64,000 bases of DNA from Nageia nagi (taxonomy: Eukaryota > Plantae > Pinophyta): contig JBITNC010000002.1 of the NCBI GenBank assembly GCA_050084985.1, positions 6,262,001 through 6,326,000 on the forward strand. The letters run 5' to 3'. The notes below the pieces were generated by a model, which was not told where the DNA came from, ran no database searches, and was given only the letters and a program-made list of their open reading frames with translations. Positions 13,150 to 27,581 of the stretch are shown here, piece after piece; within the stretch, counting starts at the first letter, position 1; every line of letters begins with the position of its first letter. The position numbers and the translations under genes were made by a program.

Positions 13150-13645
13150 ATTTTTCATACTTTCTTCCCACAAGAAGAATAAACCACCTTCCACTATCCA
13201 CTTCGCATCCATGGTTGTACTTTGTAATGAGGGTTGTCTAAAAGAGGTTGCTTTGCAAAATATTCATGATATCATAGACTCCTATGTGTATGTCTCACTT
13301 ACAGTATGTGAAGAAAGCCTTGCCCATGATCCATACTCCCATTCTCAATGGCAATTAGTCGAATACATAATGTTCCTATGTTGCAATTTCCTAAATAAAT
13401 ATTCAACTTCCTTAACAAACATATTCTATACATATTCTGCAATCATTTTGTTGGTGTAAGGCTTTCTTCTAAATGTAGCACTATAATAGATAGACATATG
13501 TGGAGAAGTCTATTATGTCATGCACATTCTACAACTCATGCACAACCTCATTGAGATGATCCTTTGTACATAGTGCAACCATGGGGTGTGGAATGGGCAG
13601 AGTAGAGGTTGTTTATTCTTTGTATGGGAAAAAAGTGTGAGAGAC
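13150..13645. mobile_element. Fold-back / MITE-like element with ~150-bp imperfect terminal inverted repeats
   Basis: 13150-13300 (ttcccac...agaataaac...ccatggttg...gaggttg...catga...atagact) is the reverse complement of ~13490-13645. Confidence 0.7.
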
Positions 13646-15899
13646 ATCCATGAGACAATCTGAATGCAATCATGACTTAAGGTGAGAGAGGGTCATTTTT
13701 GTAATTTCTCAATTTGTGAGGGTTATTTTTGTAAATGTATCTTGTTTTAATTATATTTATTTAATATTTATAATAATATAATGTTAGATTTTAATTTTAT
13801 TTTTTAAAATATTTAATCAAATTATTCTAGTGATATTATTTTTATGTTCATCCATGTTAGAGGAGTTGGAAAGTAATGGAAACACTCTATGGGATGTCAA
13901 GGTTAAATCTTCCCACCCTAAGTGGTTAAACAAATAAAACCTTATAGAAAAATGAATTATGATCAAGGTCAATCTTGAGTAACTTTGATGGAATAAATAC
14001 CTCTAATTATGATATATCAATCAAAAGCAATCCCTATAAAGGAGTTATGTTTTATCCCACACACACATATATCGATAAATAGATGAACATATAATATTAC
14101 ATAGAATCAATATAAATTAATAATTGTATAGTAATGTAAAAATAATAAAATATATTTATTGATAATTGGTAAAACTTAGACATTTAATTATGATGAAAAC
14201 TTTAAACTTTATTAATTTTATACATTAAAATATGATATGTTTTAAAGTTAAAATTTAAAATATGTCATAATTCTTATTCATTAATATAAATGTTGTATGA
14301 TTTTAAAACTTTCTTAGAATATTGTATTCATGATATTAGTATCAAGAAAGGTATATGTTTTCTTAGTACAACTCATGCTCACAACCTTTAATTGGACGAG
14401 ATTCATAAATAATATTAGATACAAGGCATACCATGTAAACAAGCAAAACATATGTTAAATTTTGTGAATAAATATTATGCTAATGAGCTATTCTTCAATT
14501 ATATTTAAAGGAATAAAAATTTAATGCTTTAATTATAACAAGATTATTTTATTAGTCTTATGAGAGCCTATTTCACCCTTGTCCCTTATAGGTATAATTA
14601 TTGATCTAAGGCTGCTAAGTTTTCTTAATGGAATATGGCAACATCAACAAAGAATGATAAAAAATAAAATATATAAGAAGCAAAGAAAAATGAAAAAATT
14701 TAAAAAGGGAAAGGACATATGATTATTCAAAAGAATAATAGTAGATTACATTTAATTAAGTGAATAATATAGAATAAAAAAATGCGATACTAGAGCAAAG
14801 TATTGAAGTCTTTAAGAAAAGTGTAAGAACAAAGTGAAATATAATATAAGCAATCTCTAAGAAAATATGTGTGGGTTATGTTATTCCATCTCCCATTCAA
14901 GCTATACTCTTAAAGATATTTGTGGATCCAAATTTATACAACAATATCATGGTGAAAATTAGATAATTTTGATATGGACATTAAACTATTTCAGATGATT
15001 CAGCTTATGTAAAATATCCAAATATGATTATGTATCTTAATAGTGTATTATTAGTCACACAAGCCCACCTTCCTATTCCACTCTATGAGAAAAGATCAAA
15101 CTACAACAAAGGGATTAAACCTAAATTAGACCTAGTTGAAATTACTTGTTCAAATTTATGCACTAAGCATGAACTTCCACACATAATAATTATTCTTTAT
15201 GACCTTACTTAACATTTCATTTATTATGTTCAATTACAAATTTTTGAAACATAATTCTACAATTTTTCCTAATTTGACTTACCAAGGTTCAAAGTGAACC
15301 ACTTGCTCTATCAACAAGAAAAGGATAATACACCTAAATTCTAAGAGGATAATTTATTATCTCAAATCTATGGGAGGGTAAATAATTTGTATTAATTAAT
15401 CAATACCTACTATTCATTTCTTAAATAAAAGCATATTCTACAACATCATTTGAAAGCAATAAAATATATAAGAAACTACCTAATATTAAATTTAGTCTAG
15501 AGGTATATAATAACATTTATAAATATTTCATCCTTCCATACATTTAATAAATACCAAAACAATATTACTATAATAATGCCTACAACATTAAATTACTCTC
15601 TTGAATCTTAAACTTTTTATTAAAATCCTAGACAACTATTGATGTTCTTATTTGTATGCTTTACTTGTAATAACTTTTCTCCTTCTAAAACCTATGATGT
15701 GCAACCTCTCTTTGTACTAAATGATCTCCTCTTAGATATACTTTTGATTAGCTCCCTAAATGAGTGGAAATAACATTTATTTATAGGCTTCCTTGATGGG
15801 TACATTGATGTCATTCCCATTAATGGTGGTACTAAGGCAAGCATTCATAATAATGGTGGTAATTGAGATAGATTTGGCTCCATTCTTTGTAAATATTTT

Positions 15900-18800
15900 C
15901 CAATACATCTTTTAAAATATATAAAACTTATGTCTTCCAAAAGTGGCTGGTGTAGGTTCCTTTGGTTATATATTATCACATGTTTTATAAGAGCTAAATT
16001 GTATAGGTTCTATAATGTGTGGGTGCAAGTTTTACCTTCTAATCACTATTAGAAATTCTAAATATATATATATATATATATATATATAGATTATTTCCCT
16101 TTCAAAAATCATGGGTGTGAGCTCTCCATGTTCGTTATCATTGGTTTTACAAATCACAAAAATTTAGTCTTCCAAAATATGTAGGTTTGATATGAAGGAC
16201 TTGCTCAATTCTTTCACTATGATATATTTTATTAAGTATTAAAATTAGTTTTTTTTTTCCAAAACCATTAGGTATGAATTGATCTACTTACATTTATTTA
16301 TTAAAGGTTTTGCATTTTACAAATGACATTTTTCATATTCTACAAATTATACAATGTGTGTCTTCCAAAATTCACAGGTGTGATAAGGATTATGCATTTT
16401 AAATTTGTGTGAAATAAAACTTGTCCTTAACAATTTCTACTACACCATGGGTGTCATGCAATGCTCCTACATCAAACTCTTGGGGTACAAAAATATGCGA
16501 GCTTCTACTCATAGGTTCTCATTTCAAATGAGAAGCTTATTTAAATGAGAAAACTCAAGCTTCTAAATCCATGAATCTTCTTCAAGTCCTTATCCCTTCC
16601 AAAAGATAATGTATTCTTTGAACACTTTACCTTTTATTTTCTTAACTAATCTTTCTTGTGATGTCTTCTTAATTTTTTCTCTCTTTTTATTTTGTAGTTG
16701 ATCTATCTAATCTTTTACTCCTAGGCTTTCTCCTTTTGGTCATCCTTTATCTCTATGATATTCATTTTTACATATGGATGAAAGTTTAAAATATTAAATA
16801 TAGGAGATATATTTAATCCATGAGGTAATTCAACCTCAAGCAATATTTACTTTATTTTTACATAGTTTTATCTTCTTATACTTCAACTTGTTACAAGTCC
16901 CTTTTATAACCTCTCATTTTGCAATAATACCATCACTAAATCACCCACTAAGAATGACTACATACCCTTCTCTTGTCATCAATCCTCCCTTTGTACTTCA
17001 TATTTCTCTCCTAGATTTATTTTTTGTGATTACATTGTGGAACTGCTTCATATGCTCTATAAAGTCTTCAATAAATACATTCTTTATATCAACTACCACT
17101 TTCATTAAATCTATAAATCCTCTTGGTGATCTTCCATACATAATATGAAAAGGTGAAATAATTATCAACATATTCACTAAGTTGTTATAGGTAAACTCTT
17201 CTTGGTATAATATTATGCATCCCATTACTTTTGTTTATCTCCCCCTAGATATTTAAATAAGTTTTCTATAATCCTATTTATCACTTCACTTTATCCATAT
17301 ATTTGAGTATGATAGATTGAACTAAATTCCAATCTCATGCCCAATTTCTACCATAATATTTTCCTAAAATATCTTATAAACTTAGTGTATCTATTGGAAG
17401 TTATTCTTCTTGATAATCCATGCTATCTTACTACCTCTTGGAATAATAGTTTACAATATTTGAAGCATCACTAGTTATTTTGTATGGTATAAAGTCTTTT
17501 ATCTTCAAGAATTGATCCAACACTATGAAGATGCTATCATGGCCACTATGTGTTCTTAGCAATCCCAATATAAAATCCATGTTAATTTCTTCCCAAAGTC
17601 TACTAGAAATTGGTAAATTTTTATACAATCCCATATTTTTACTAGTCCCTTTTACTAACTAACATGCTCTACATCTAGCAACAAATTTCACTACATATTT
17701 TAGTAACCTATGATAAAAGCATTTCTTCATCCTTTTATAATTCCTTCATGTCATCTAAACCTACTACAACTTTTCTACCTAATGTATCAAATTTACCTTA
17801 TTTTGGCTATTTATGTTTCTCAAATCTTAGCAATGAGTTTAAAATACAAATTCCTTAGATAATTAATGCTTCAACTTCTTGAATGCCTATATGATGGCAT
17901 ATAACTTCTATTCATATTTTAAATATCTTTATTTTGACTCATTTAATTTTTGGTTAAAGAATGCTATTAGTTTCCCTTTTTGGCTTAATGTCATAGCCCT
18001 AATCTCTTTTCCTTTAGCATCATAATTAACTTGGAACACCTTATTGAAATTGATTCCCTTAATATTGACTTCTCCATTATCCTCTATTTTAATAATTTGA
18101 AATTCTCTTCTACCTCTAGGGTTCATATAAATATTTGCTTTTTCATGTAGGAAGTGAACACTCCATAAATCCCACTAAAGTTTGAAATAAACTTTCTATA
18201 GAAACTAGCCAATCCATAGAATATTTGAATTATATGATATTCCTTAGTATAGGCCACTCCTTGATCATATCTACCTTAGCTATGTTTTCATCTTCAATCC
18301 ATCTCTTGAGATCATAAATCCTAACAATATTGATTCTTTTTTAAGAAAGAGCACTTTTTAAGGTTGATCATAAATCTTTCTTACCTTAATCTTAATAATA
18401 CTTGCCTTAGTTGTTACAAGTGTTATTATTTACATTTAATATTTATAAGGATGTCATCTACAGATACTAAGATAAACTTTCCTGATAATGGTTCCATGAT
18501 ATCATTCACTAATATTCTCATAAAAGTACTTAAGGTTCTCATCAACCTAAAAGACATAACTAACCACTCATACAATCCAACTTTTTTTCTTAAAATCATT
18601 CTTACATTTATCCCCTTTTCAAATCCTAATGTGATGATACTCACTCTTTAAATCTAGCTTTTAAAAATATCTTGCTCCACATAAATAATATCATAGGTCA
18701 TCCATACAAGGTATGGGAAACTTATTTCTTGGGATCTAACACTAGTGGTACTACACATGGACTAAGGTTATCATTAATTATTCTTATTTATATCAATTCA

Positions 18801-20700
18801 ATTCAATTGTAATCTTCATGTCCACTCTATGGGGTATCTTCTTTAACAAACTAACTCCAAATATTAAGTCTATCTGGTGGGAGATCTTTTTCATTGATGG
18901 AGATCTTATTAGTAATTCTTGGGTAACTATATCAACATAATCATCAATTATATATTCCACTTCATTAGGTATTTTCTCTTCCTTTATCTTTTCCTATATG
19001 GAAATATAGAATAATAAATTTCATTTTCTTTAAAATCATTCAAGAATTTCTTACTTTATAACAAACTTATTTCGCTCTAATTGCTCTCTTCAGTTTTAAG
19101 TTTTAATGGTGTGAATTCAAAATTTTAACTATTCTTCCAAATGGAGAGTATATTCTTCTTTCAATGATGTATTACATTTATAACATACTACCATAGTCTT
19201 CCAAAGAACATGACAAGCATCCATGCATATAACATCACTCCAAAAATTATCAATATACACTCCAAGTACAAGATTTTTCCTATACCTTTAGGAAACCATA
19301 ACTTGATGTCCCTTATCTAAGCATGAGACTTTATGTGGTTATGGATGGGTATTATAAGTCTTCAAATTTATCTTATTAACCATCTATGTTAATATCATGT
19401 TCTTAGTATTTCCATTGTCCATAATCGCAATACAAACCTTTCCTTCACTTATGCACCTTATCCTAAAGATGCTTCTTCTATACCATTGCTCTTCTACTTT
19501 TCTATTTGGAGTGATCAAATTTCTCCTTACCATGAATTTTTCTCTAGCTTCAGTTGCAATAGGACCTTTATTATCTTCTTCTTCTTATTCTTTAGTGTAT
19601 TGGGCCATATTTATTGTATTATCATTATATATACCATCTCTCATTGGTTCCTTACATTCAAATGGCCTATGGTCTTGAGCTCCATACTTGTAACACTCAC
19701 TGAACTTATTAGATTTTTGGTCCCTTCATTTAGATTGATGTCCTTTTCCTCTATATGATTGATTTAATTTATTTCCCTCTTAGGGTTACTTGAACCATAA
19801 TCTTCTTCTTTCTTCTATGATTTATCATATTTTTCAAAATATAATCCTTTATCTTTTCTAATATTGGAATTCTAAATGGCTTTTCTTGCAAACTTATCCT
19901 CAATATTTAGTGTATAATAGTATGTCTCCTGTATTGAACATATGTTCAATATTCCTATATCACCCTAAATGTTCAATCTTAATTCATTTATGTACCTTTA
20001 AATTTTTTCCTCGATCTCTTTGGTAAGCCCTACTCTAATGATCAATTGATAAAATTCCTTGGTATAATCCTTTACACTCATCTATCTTTATTAGAGATTT
20101 TGTATCAATCTAAGTAAGCTCAATTCATACTTTTATAAAATAAATTTCTTCTTTAACTTTGTTAACATTCAATTCTAAGACTTGATGTTGGTTTTACCTT
20201 CCTTCACTCTTTTCTTTTAAGTTTATTCCCACCATAATGACACATTTTCTTTTAATGTTTTGAAAACAAACATAACCATTTTAGCATCTTTGATATTTTC
20301 AATATTAAAATATTTCTTTAATTTGAAGATATAGTCAATCAACTCTTTTGGGTTTAAGCTTCCATAATAGTTAGGAAAATGTATCTTTGGTTTACTTCAA
20401 TTCTTCACTATTACCTTAGCATGTCTCATTTCAAGAGAATATTCCTCTTCTTCTAAACCAGTATCTTCTTCATATTAATTGGATTCACTTTCTTCCAACT
20501 CAACATATCTTCTTCCTCTACGGTGGCCTCTTTCAGTAACTCAATGATTTACTTCTTCTACACCTACCAATAATTGTTTCATCTATCATAGTTCTTCCTC
20601 CATTGTTTCTTCCCTTGTATTGCATCTATTTGATCTTCATCCTCCTTTTTGGAATTCTCTAAGTTATTCACCAAATGATCTTGGTCACTACTACATTCTT
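15900..20700 (-). mobile_element. Decayed Ty3/gypsy retrotransposon, CRM-like chromovirus (gag-PR-RT-RNaseH-IN)
   Basis: Minus-strand relics: RT GLYEWLVMSFRL..TLSTFMR..VSVDDILI (18426-18644); RNase H FQVNYDAKG...LIAFFNQKLNESK (17929-18040); integrase GLYKNLPISSRLWEEINMDFILGLLRTHSGHDSIF (17431-17634); gag ~19900-20600; possible 3' LTR starting TGATG at 16474. Confidence 0.85.
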
Positions 20701-21249
20701 CTTCCCTAGATATGATAGGTATAAATTGCTACTATTATAGTTATGAATTATTATTTCTATAGTTATGAATCATGAATACAATGGTGATGAGCTATTAAAA
20801 TCTTATTATTGCTAAATTATTTCATTCAATACTCCAAAAAGATGAAGATATCTATCAAAATACTAAAAGGAAATTCAAATTTATGGTGGGAACAAGTCCA
20901 AAAGGAAAATTTTAAGGTAAAGCAAAGATTAAAATCTTGGAAAAAAAATGTTGAATAAGTTAAAGTAGAAGTTTGTTCCTACAAATTATAAATTTAATGT
21001 ACTTAGAAAACTCTGAAAATTTTGACAAAGGGAGATGAATATGAAAGACTATATGAAGGAATTTTATTAATTAACCATTATAATTAGACATACTAAGGAG
21101 AGCAAGGAAAATATTTTTAGATATTTCAAAGGATTGAGATTGTCCATTTCTACTATCCAAGTTGATAAGTCATGATAGATGAATTTCTCAAATAAGAATC
21201 ATAAGAGATTTGTTAGCAACTCCTTTCAAATATTTTTTAGGCTTGGCAA

Positions 21250-22870
21250 CTTTGATGAGGTTAGAGGAGGTATGCTCCTTGATTGGTCAAAATGAATTTT
21301 TTATCTTGGAATATTAGAGGCTTAATGGATCCAATCCGAAGATACATAGTCAAAGATGAAGATTTTTTTTATCTTAACCAATATGATTCTCCATGTTTGA
21401 TTTATCTCCAAGAAATTAAAATTGTTGACTTCAATTTGTAATATGCATGTTCATTTATTTTTCCATGTAGATAAATTTATACTACTAAGCATCCTCATGG
21501 TTGAGGGGGAAGCTATCATTCTCATTTTTTTCCAAACAAAAATTGAGTTTTGTTACTTGGGTGATAGGCCCTTCACATCAAGTAGTTTGGATATTGCTAG
21601 AAGTTAAGGGAATTTATTTCAATATTGTCAATATTTATGCATCTAATGATGCCCATGAAAGGACGTACATGGCCTTTGGAGATGGTGTACCCTTTCATTA
21701 CTACCTATGGTGATATAGGTGATGTGTAGGGATTTCAATATTATAGAAAAAGGCTTCAAATAAAATGGTTCATATCACATGTAAATGATCTATTAAGGTA
21801 AGAGAAGCTTGCATTTTATGAAAAATAAATTAAGACTATTATATCCTAATTCATGCTTTACAGCATATCAATTTCCTAAACACCTTTAGTATATGTGGTC
21901 CAATTATCAAGAAGATCATGCAAGAATTCTTAAATAAATGGATAGAACTATGTTGTTTAATCATAGAAAATTTAACTTTCATCAAACAATACCTTATGTA
22001 CCTATTGTAAAACCCATATTTAGCATGGTGTCTTTTGACCATGCTCTTATTATGTTCATAATGACTAGCACTTATTTTCCTTAGAGGCATTATAAATCTA
22101 TTTTTTTAATACTTATTTTCTTTAGTACCCCTCTATGATGATTTGTATTCAAATATTATAGAATCTAATCCCTAGGCCTATTAGCAATAAGGGATAGATT
22201 GAATGGTGTAATAACAATATAATTTGCATAATTATTTTTCTCTACATTATGGGTAAGAAGGTGGCTCAATTATGAAGGAATTCCATCTTGGTTTTTTTAT
22301 GGATAAGTTGTCCAAAGAAATTATATGAATTAAGGTTAGTCCTCTCATTCCTTCTCTTTAAGCTTATGTTGCTCATATCTTCCATAAACTTTAATTTATT
22401 GAGCTATATGAAGCCAAAGGAGCATAAATAAAATCCCAACTTTACTAGTTGAAGATTGGGGATACAATCATTAAGAAATTCTTCCAAAGGCTTTGACTCA
22501 CCTCCCCTCAATCTACTCAATTTAAATCCATTAAAGAAAAAAGGGTTAGACTTACTTTCATACCTAAGATTTCTAAAGCTTTGACTTTATATTATACAAG
22601 TTTTTTTTACCAAAGCTTTTACTACTAAGAGGGAATAAGTGCTTCTTAATGATAGGGATGTGACAAAATTCTCTTTATTTAGTATATAATTGATGGTCTC
22701 TCCTAGATGATGAATAAAAAAAAACAAGGTCTAGATGTTTGTCCTTATGAATTTTACAAAGCATACTAAGATTTTCTTGGCTCTAATCTTCATAAGGTAT
22801 ATCTTGAAGCCTTAAAAATTGGTTCTTTGGTACCAATTATCAACAAAGGTAATATCAAGTTTACTAAGGA
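21250..22870 (+). mobile_element. L1-type LINE ORF2 remnant (endonuclease and start of RT)
   Basis: SWNIRGLN (~21304), IVNIYASNDAHER (~21625), GDFN-like (~21730), G.D..PYEFYK (~22730), INKGNIKF (~22840); many frameshifts. Confidence 0.8.
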
Positions 22871-24739
22871 GAGACTTGAGGCATGGGGATGATTGACTAT
22901 CAAAGATAAGGTATAACCCTCCATGATAAATGTATAGTGCAAGTGGTGAAAGGCACAAAAACATGGAAAATTCTAATTATCACTTCATCTCTTATATACT
23001 TCCTCTCAATAAGTGAGTAAGGAAAGGGATAGACTTTCCTTCAATGGTTCTTACATCAATGTTTGTCAAAATCCCTAGTTCTTTTTTAATTAGAATCACT
23101 TGATGAGCTTAACAATAGATTATATTATGGATTAGATGGAAGGGAGTAAATTCCCATAAAGAATTTTTTATTAATTCCCTCAATATTTGGTGGTATTATA
23201 TAATTAATTTATTGTGTGCTCCTATAGCTTAAATGAAATGGGTTCATGCCAAGAAGTTCCTTAAATGAGGTATTATCCTAATTTAATATTTCATGCCCAA
23301 GCAAACTCAGGATTAGATTCCATGAAATAGCTTCAAATGCATGTTCAACCTAAATAATACAAACAAATTAACTTATGATATCATTATTGAGCTTACTTCT
23401 TTCTCTCTATTGTACAAAATTGGAGTGAGAATTCAAAATCCTTAGTGGAAGGATTGGTATTTTAATGTGGACATTCCACTTCTTAATTATTCATCCTAAC
23501 TTGGATATTCATGGATTTTTCCTATTTTTCATATGATTCCTTGACTCAATAAGTGTGATTTAATTTCCACTAAGTCTAGATGGAAATTAATGTTCCTCTC
23601 TATATGGACTCCTTATAATTAATGTTGAATACACTCACTTGGATACTTATGAACCAAATTCTTCCTATTGGTGACCACCTAAAATACTTAAGTGTTCCTA
23701 ACCTAAGGTATACTTTATGCAATGATTATGAGTCCTATATTCATATATTTTGGTCTTATATGTTGCTTATTTTTTTCCCCTTTTATGCTTGGTAATTTTT
23801 CTTGGCAACATGCTTTATTAGGCAACTCTTTCATCCATATCATGTCACTTCATGAAGTTCGATAGATTTTAATAAATAGTTTTCTCTTTCATATTTAAAA
23901 AGTTCATAATTGGACTATTTTCATATATTAACCTTCTATAGGATCCATTATTTTTGATAAAATAAAAGTGTTTAATTATATGTGTTTATAAATATGTACT
24001 CAAGCAGATAAAGTTGTAATGGATTTAGATCATATATACTTTGTTTGATTGTTAGGAGAATGCTTCTTGTTATATTAATTAAGTCATTATAGATAATTCT
24101 TTATAGGATCAAGCATGCAGGTCTCCATCACATTGGTATCCTCTATTGTATGTTTGATCCTAACCTACCAACTAACATTAGTCACAACCCTTGCTAGTGT
24201 AGAAGCAACTCCATGATGTAAACACTAGCTACTCATGAAAACAACATGGTGGGTGGATGCATCGCTTGAAATTTCTTAGCACATTATGGGGTACGATAAT
24301 AAGAGAATTAATGATATGATACTCCAAATCATATTGATGGTATATGGACTTCACACACCTTTGGTATTCACCACCTACACATGGCTAGGAAGATTTGGGT
24401 ATGGTAGTAAATGATGGCATACACAAAGGTGATGGATGGGACATTCAACCACTTATTTCTAATTAATGGTAGTACTTGATGAAAAATGAAGCACCTTTAA
24501 TAGATGCCTCCCATAAGGTTTGATGATCTCTCTTTTAATATTTTAACATGATGGGTTATTTGTTAAGATGATCATCTCAAGTCATTTTGTACATATTTTT
24601 TTAAATTTATCCTAACCTCAAGTTAGGGTTAGTGTGAACTCACTTTAGGGTGTGACTTATTCTACCTGATCTTCTTTTATTGTAAAGGAACTTAAATTTA
24701 TTAATTAAACTTTCTTTTTATCAAAAAACTATTTATCAT

Positions 24740-25570
24740 CAAAGATATATATAAATAATCAACCAGATTGATAGATGTATTGAGTATACACCATGTAGGT
24801 AGAAGGAATGAGTCTAAAATACACGAAGAATTCTTACAAGGAATATTTTTAGATCTCTTTGATATTTGGGAAGCATTCTAGGACCATAGAGTATGGAAAT
24901 GTTTCTTCATTCAGGAAGGATTCTATTTTAGTAATAAAAAATTATGGATTCCACAAGGTTCCATGAGGGAGAACCTTATTAGATAACTTCATGGGGGAGG
25001 TCTTGAAGGACACTTTAGAAGTTACAATACGTTGCTATAATTAAATAAAAGGTATTATTATCTAGGATTATGAATAGATATAAAGTATACAAAACTTATC
25101 CATTGGTAAAAGGAACTAGTAGGAATATAGGGTTATACAAACCATTACTATATCTTAATGGACCTTAAGATGATATTAGTGTAGATTTTATGTTGGGATT
25201 TCTTAGAATACATAAGAGAAATAATAACATCTTCACAAAATGGTACACTTTATACCTTTAAAAGGACTATCAATTCTTCACGCAATGCTTAGATATTCTT
25301 TCCAAGAAGTAGGGAAGAAATTATATGGATTACTAAGATTAAAATTAGAAATAGGGACACCAAGTTCTAATCCATTTCTATAAGAGGTTATGGAAAATAT
25401 TAAGCATGAGATATTTGGATTTGAGTTTAACAAATCATCCATAAATATATGGATAAACCAAAGTAATCAATAAGAGTTTGGGCAATCTATTGACCAAAAT
25501 AGTTGGACACCAAATTACTTGGCTAAGTTGAATTTGCTTGCAATAACTCTATAAATAGGAAAATAAAAGT
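24740..25570 (+). mobile_element. Ty3/gypsy (CRM-like) integrase fragment
   Basis: WIPQGSMRENL...LHGGGLEGHF, GLYKPL...DDISVDFMLGF, DTKF, GNLL relics with stops. Confidence 0.75.
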
Positions 25571-26987
25571 TATCAATATATTATTTGGAATCAGATACTT
25601 ACATCTATATCATGATAATACATTATTAGTAATTAGTATAGGGGTCGCTTGTGTAAGTATGTGCAAAAGATCCCCAAAACCCTAATTGATGCAGATGATG
25701 TATGTAAGGAAATCATTAGTAGTATTTCCCAAGTCTTTGTTGGGTTTGCTGGTGTTTATTTGTTTTTAGTCTTGATGATGGTTTTGACTATGCGAGCTAT
25801 GCATGCATACTAGATACATCTATTATAGGTCATCTTGACAATGGTCATGATTTGAATCATGCAAACCCTAATGCTTTCGAAAATAATCTTTTACACCCTA
25901 ATTTGGATGATAAAAGGAGATTTATCGCCCACTCAACACAACAAGATGGAAAGTGGTGTTGAAGCAACATTGGAGGTGTTGGGTAGTAAATGCATTATCT
26001 TTTACAATATATTTGGATTAGTCACATCAAGGTCATCTCCTTGAAGCTTTGGATGTTTGTGCAAAATGAAACTAGATGTACCAATTTCTTGTTATTTTTC
26101 TTCAAAGCTTTACAAATCATAATTCCCCTTAGGACAACGCTTGGAGCCCAAATTCTAATTACTTAAAGGATACTTCTTTCACTCAACATATAGACGTGTT
26201 AGAGCAACACGAGAGGTAAATGGGAGTGCTAAGCTCGTATATGGATCATATTTAAGGCTTGAGTGTTGGTGTTGAATGTCCCTCACTTCATACATTACTT
26301 TACGAGTAAGTGTATTTAGTCAATGACAATAGGTCCATCATCTTATTTAAAGACTCTTGGAATATGATTTATTTATTCTAAATAAAATAAATTAAATTAA
26401 AAACTCAAGACAAAATTGTGATTCGCCATATCACTCAAGGTGTAAGTGAAGACCATACTTTATATTTAAATTATATTTTGAAATTTACTTTTTTTAAGAA
26501 AAAGAAAACTATGATTCTAAAGACTCTCAAAAAAACTAAGAAAGATTTTTTATCTACCAAATCATTTAATATACTAATAAAAAATAAATTATATTAACAT
26601 CCACTTAAAACTATACACCACTAAGTTTTATTATTCATTAATTATCTCTTTTAAAATATATCATTTTCCTAATATATTAAATTAATTATCTAAATTTAAT
26701 TAGTTAAAAAAAAAATTCAAGTATAAATTTGAAAACAACATTTTGAACTCCACACATACTTTCCACCCAAAGTAGTGCTATGTTGGAAAATATTGGAATA
26801 TCCAACTTCTTGGGCTGATCAATCATGGAGAAAAATATGACTAAATGATGGTGCTCTGGCTTTCATGGTGATGGTGTGACAGCAGGTAAAAAATAAAGAA
26901 TCACGAGCCCACACATCACATAAATTAATCATTCACAACTACCCAATCAACGTCCACAGTACTGATATTAATAGGGCAACAACTCTC

Positions 26988-27002
26988 CGCGGTCTTATCT
27001 GG
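26988..27002 (+). promoter_or_regulatory. Conserved promoter element CGCGGTCTTATCTGG, copy C
   Basis: Identical to copies at 7574 and 11047. Confidence 0.7.
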
Positions 27003-27137
27003 GCCTGGTTTTCTTACACCAGTCAAATCCATAGATCCATGTTCTACTTTATCAAAACAGCAAATTCCCTTTTATAGAGTGGCCATTATCTCGATTGTGG
27101 GCATTACAGAGCTTCTTAAGTTTAAAAGAATCAACAA

Positions 27138-27581
27138 ATGGAATCGTTTGATTATCTGAGCAGAGTAGCGCTGCAGGATTTGGAGATTGGTATCATGGAA
27201 GCGAGCAGCGGCGTCTACTCTATGAATGCCCTTCTACAATATTCTTCTTCTTCCAATACCATTCCTACCACTTCTATTCATGGGGACGCCCTAAGCTTTA
27301 CAAATAGCGTTAATTCGGGTCACCAAGAACTGCACGGACTGTGGAAGAACGGGGATTCTTCCTCACCATTTTCGTTCGAGATCGATGATGGAAAAGGAGG
27401 AAAGATGAAGGGCGTTGCGAAGAAGCAAGAGGAGGACTGTTTTACTGGGGAGAGCGATCGAGACGAGGAAGGTATCAAGTTCATGACGGGTACCAAAAAA
27501 ATGGTATCGGAGAGGAAGCGCCGCAGGAAACTGAATGAGAGTCTTTATACCTTGCGCTCCCTTGTTCCCTTCATCACCAAA
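27138..27581 (+). CDS. bHLH transcription factor first exon C (148 codons), nearest to the shared exons
   Basis: MESFDY...KKMVSERKRRRKLNESLYTLRSLVPFITK followed by AAA|GTAAGA phase-0 donor; 2,352-nt intron to exon 2. Confidence 0.92.
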
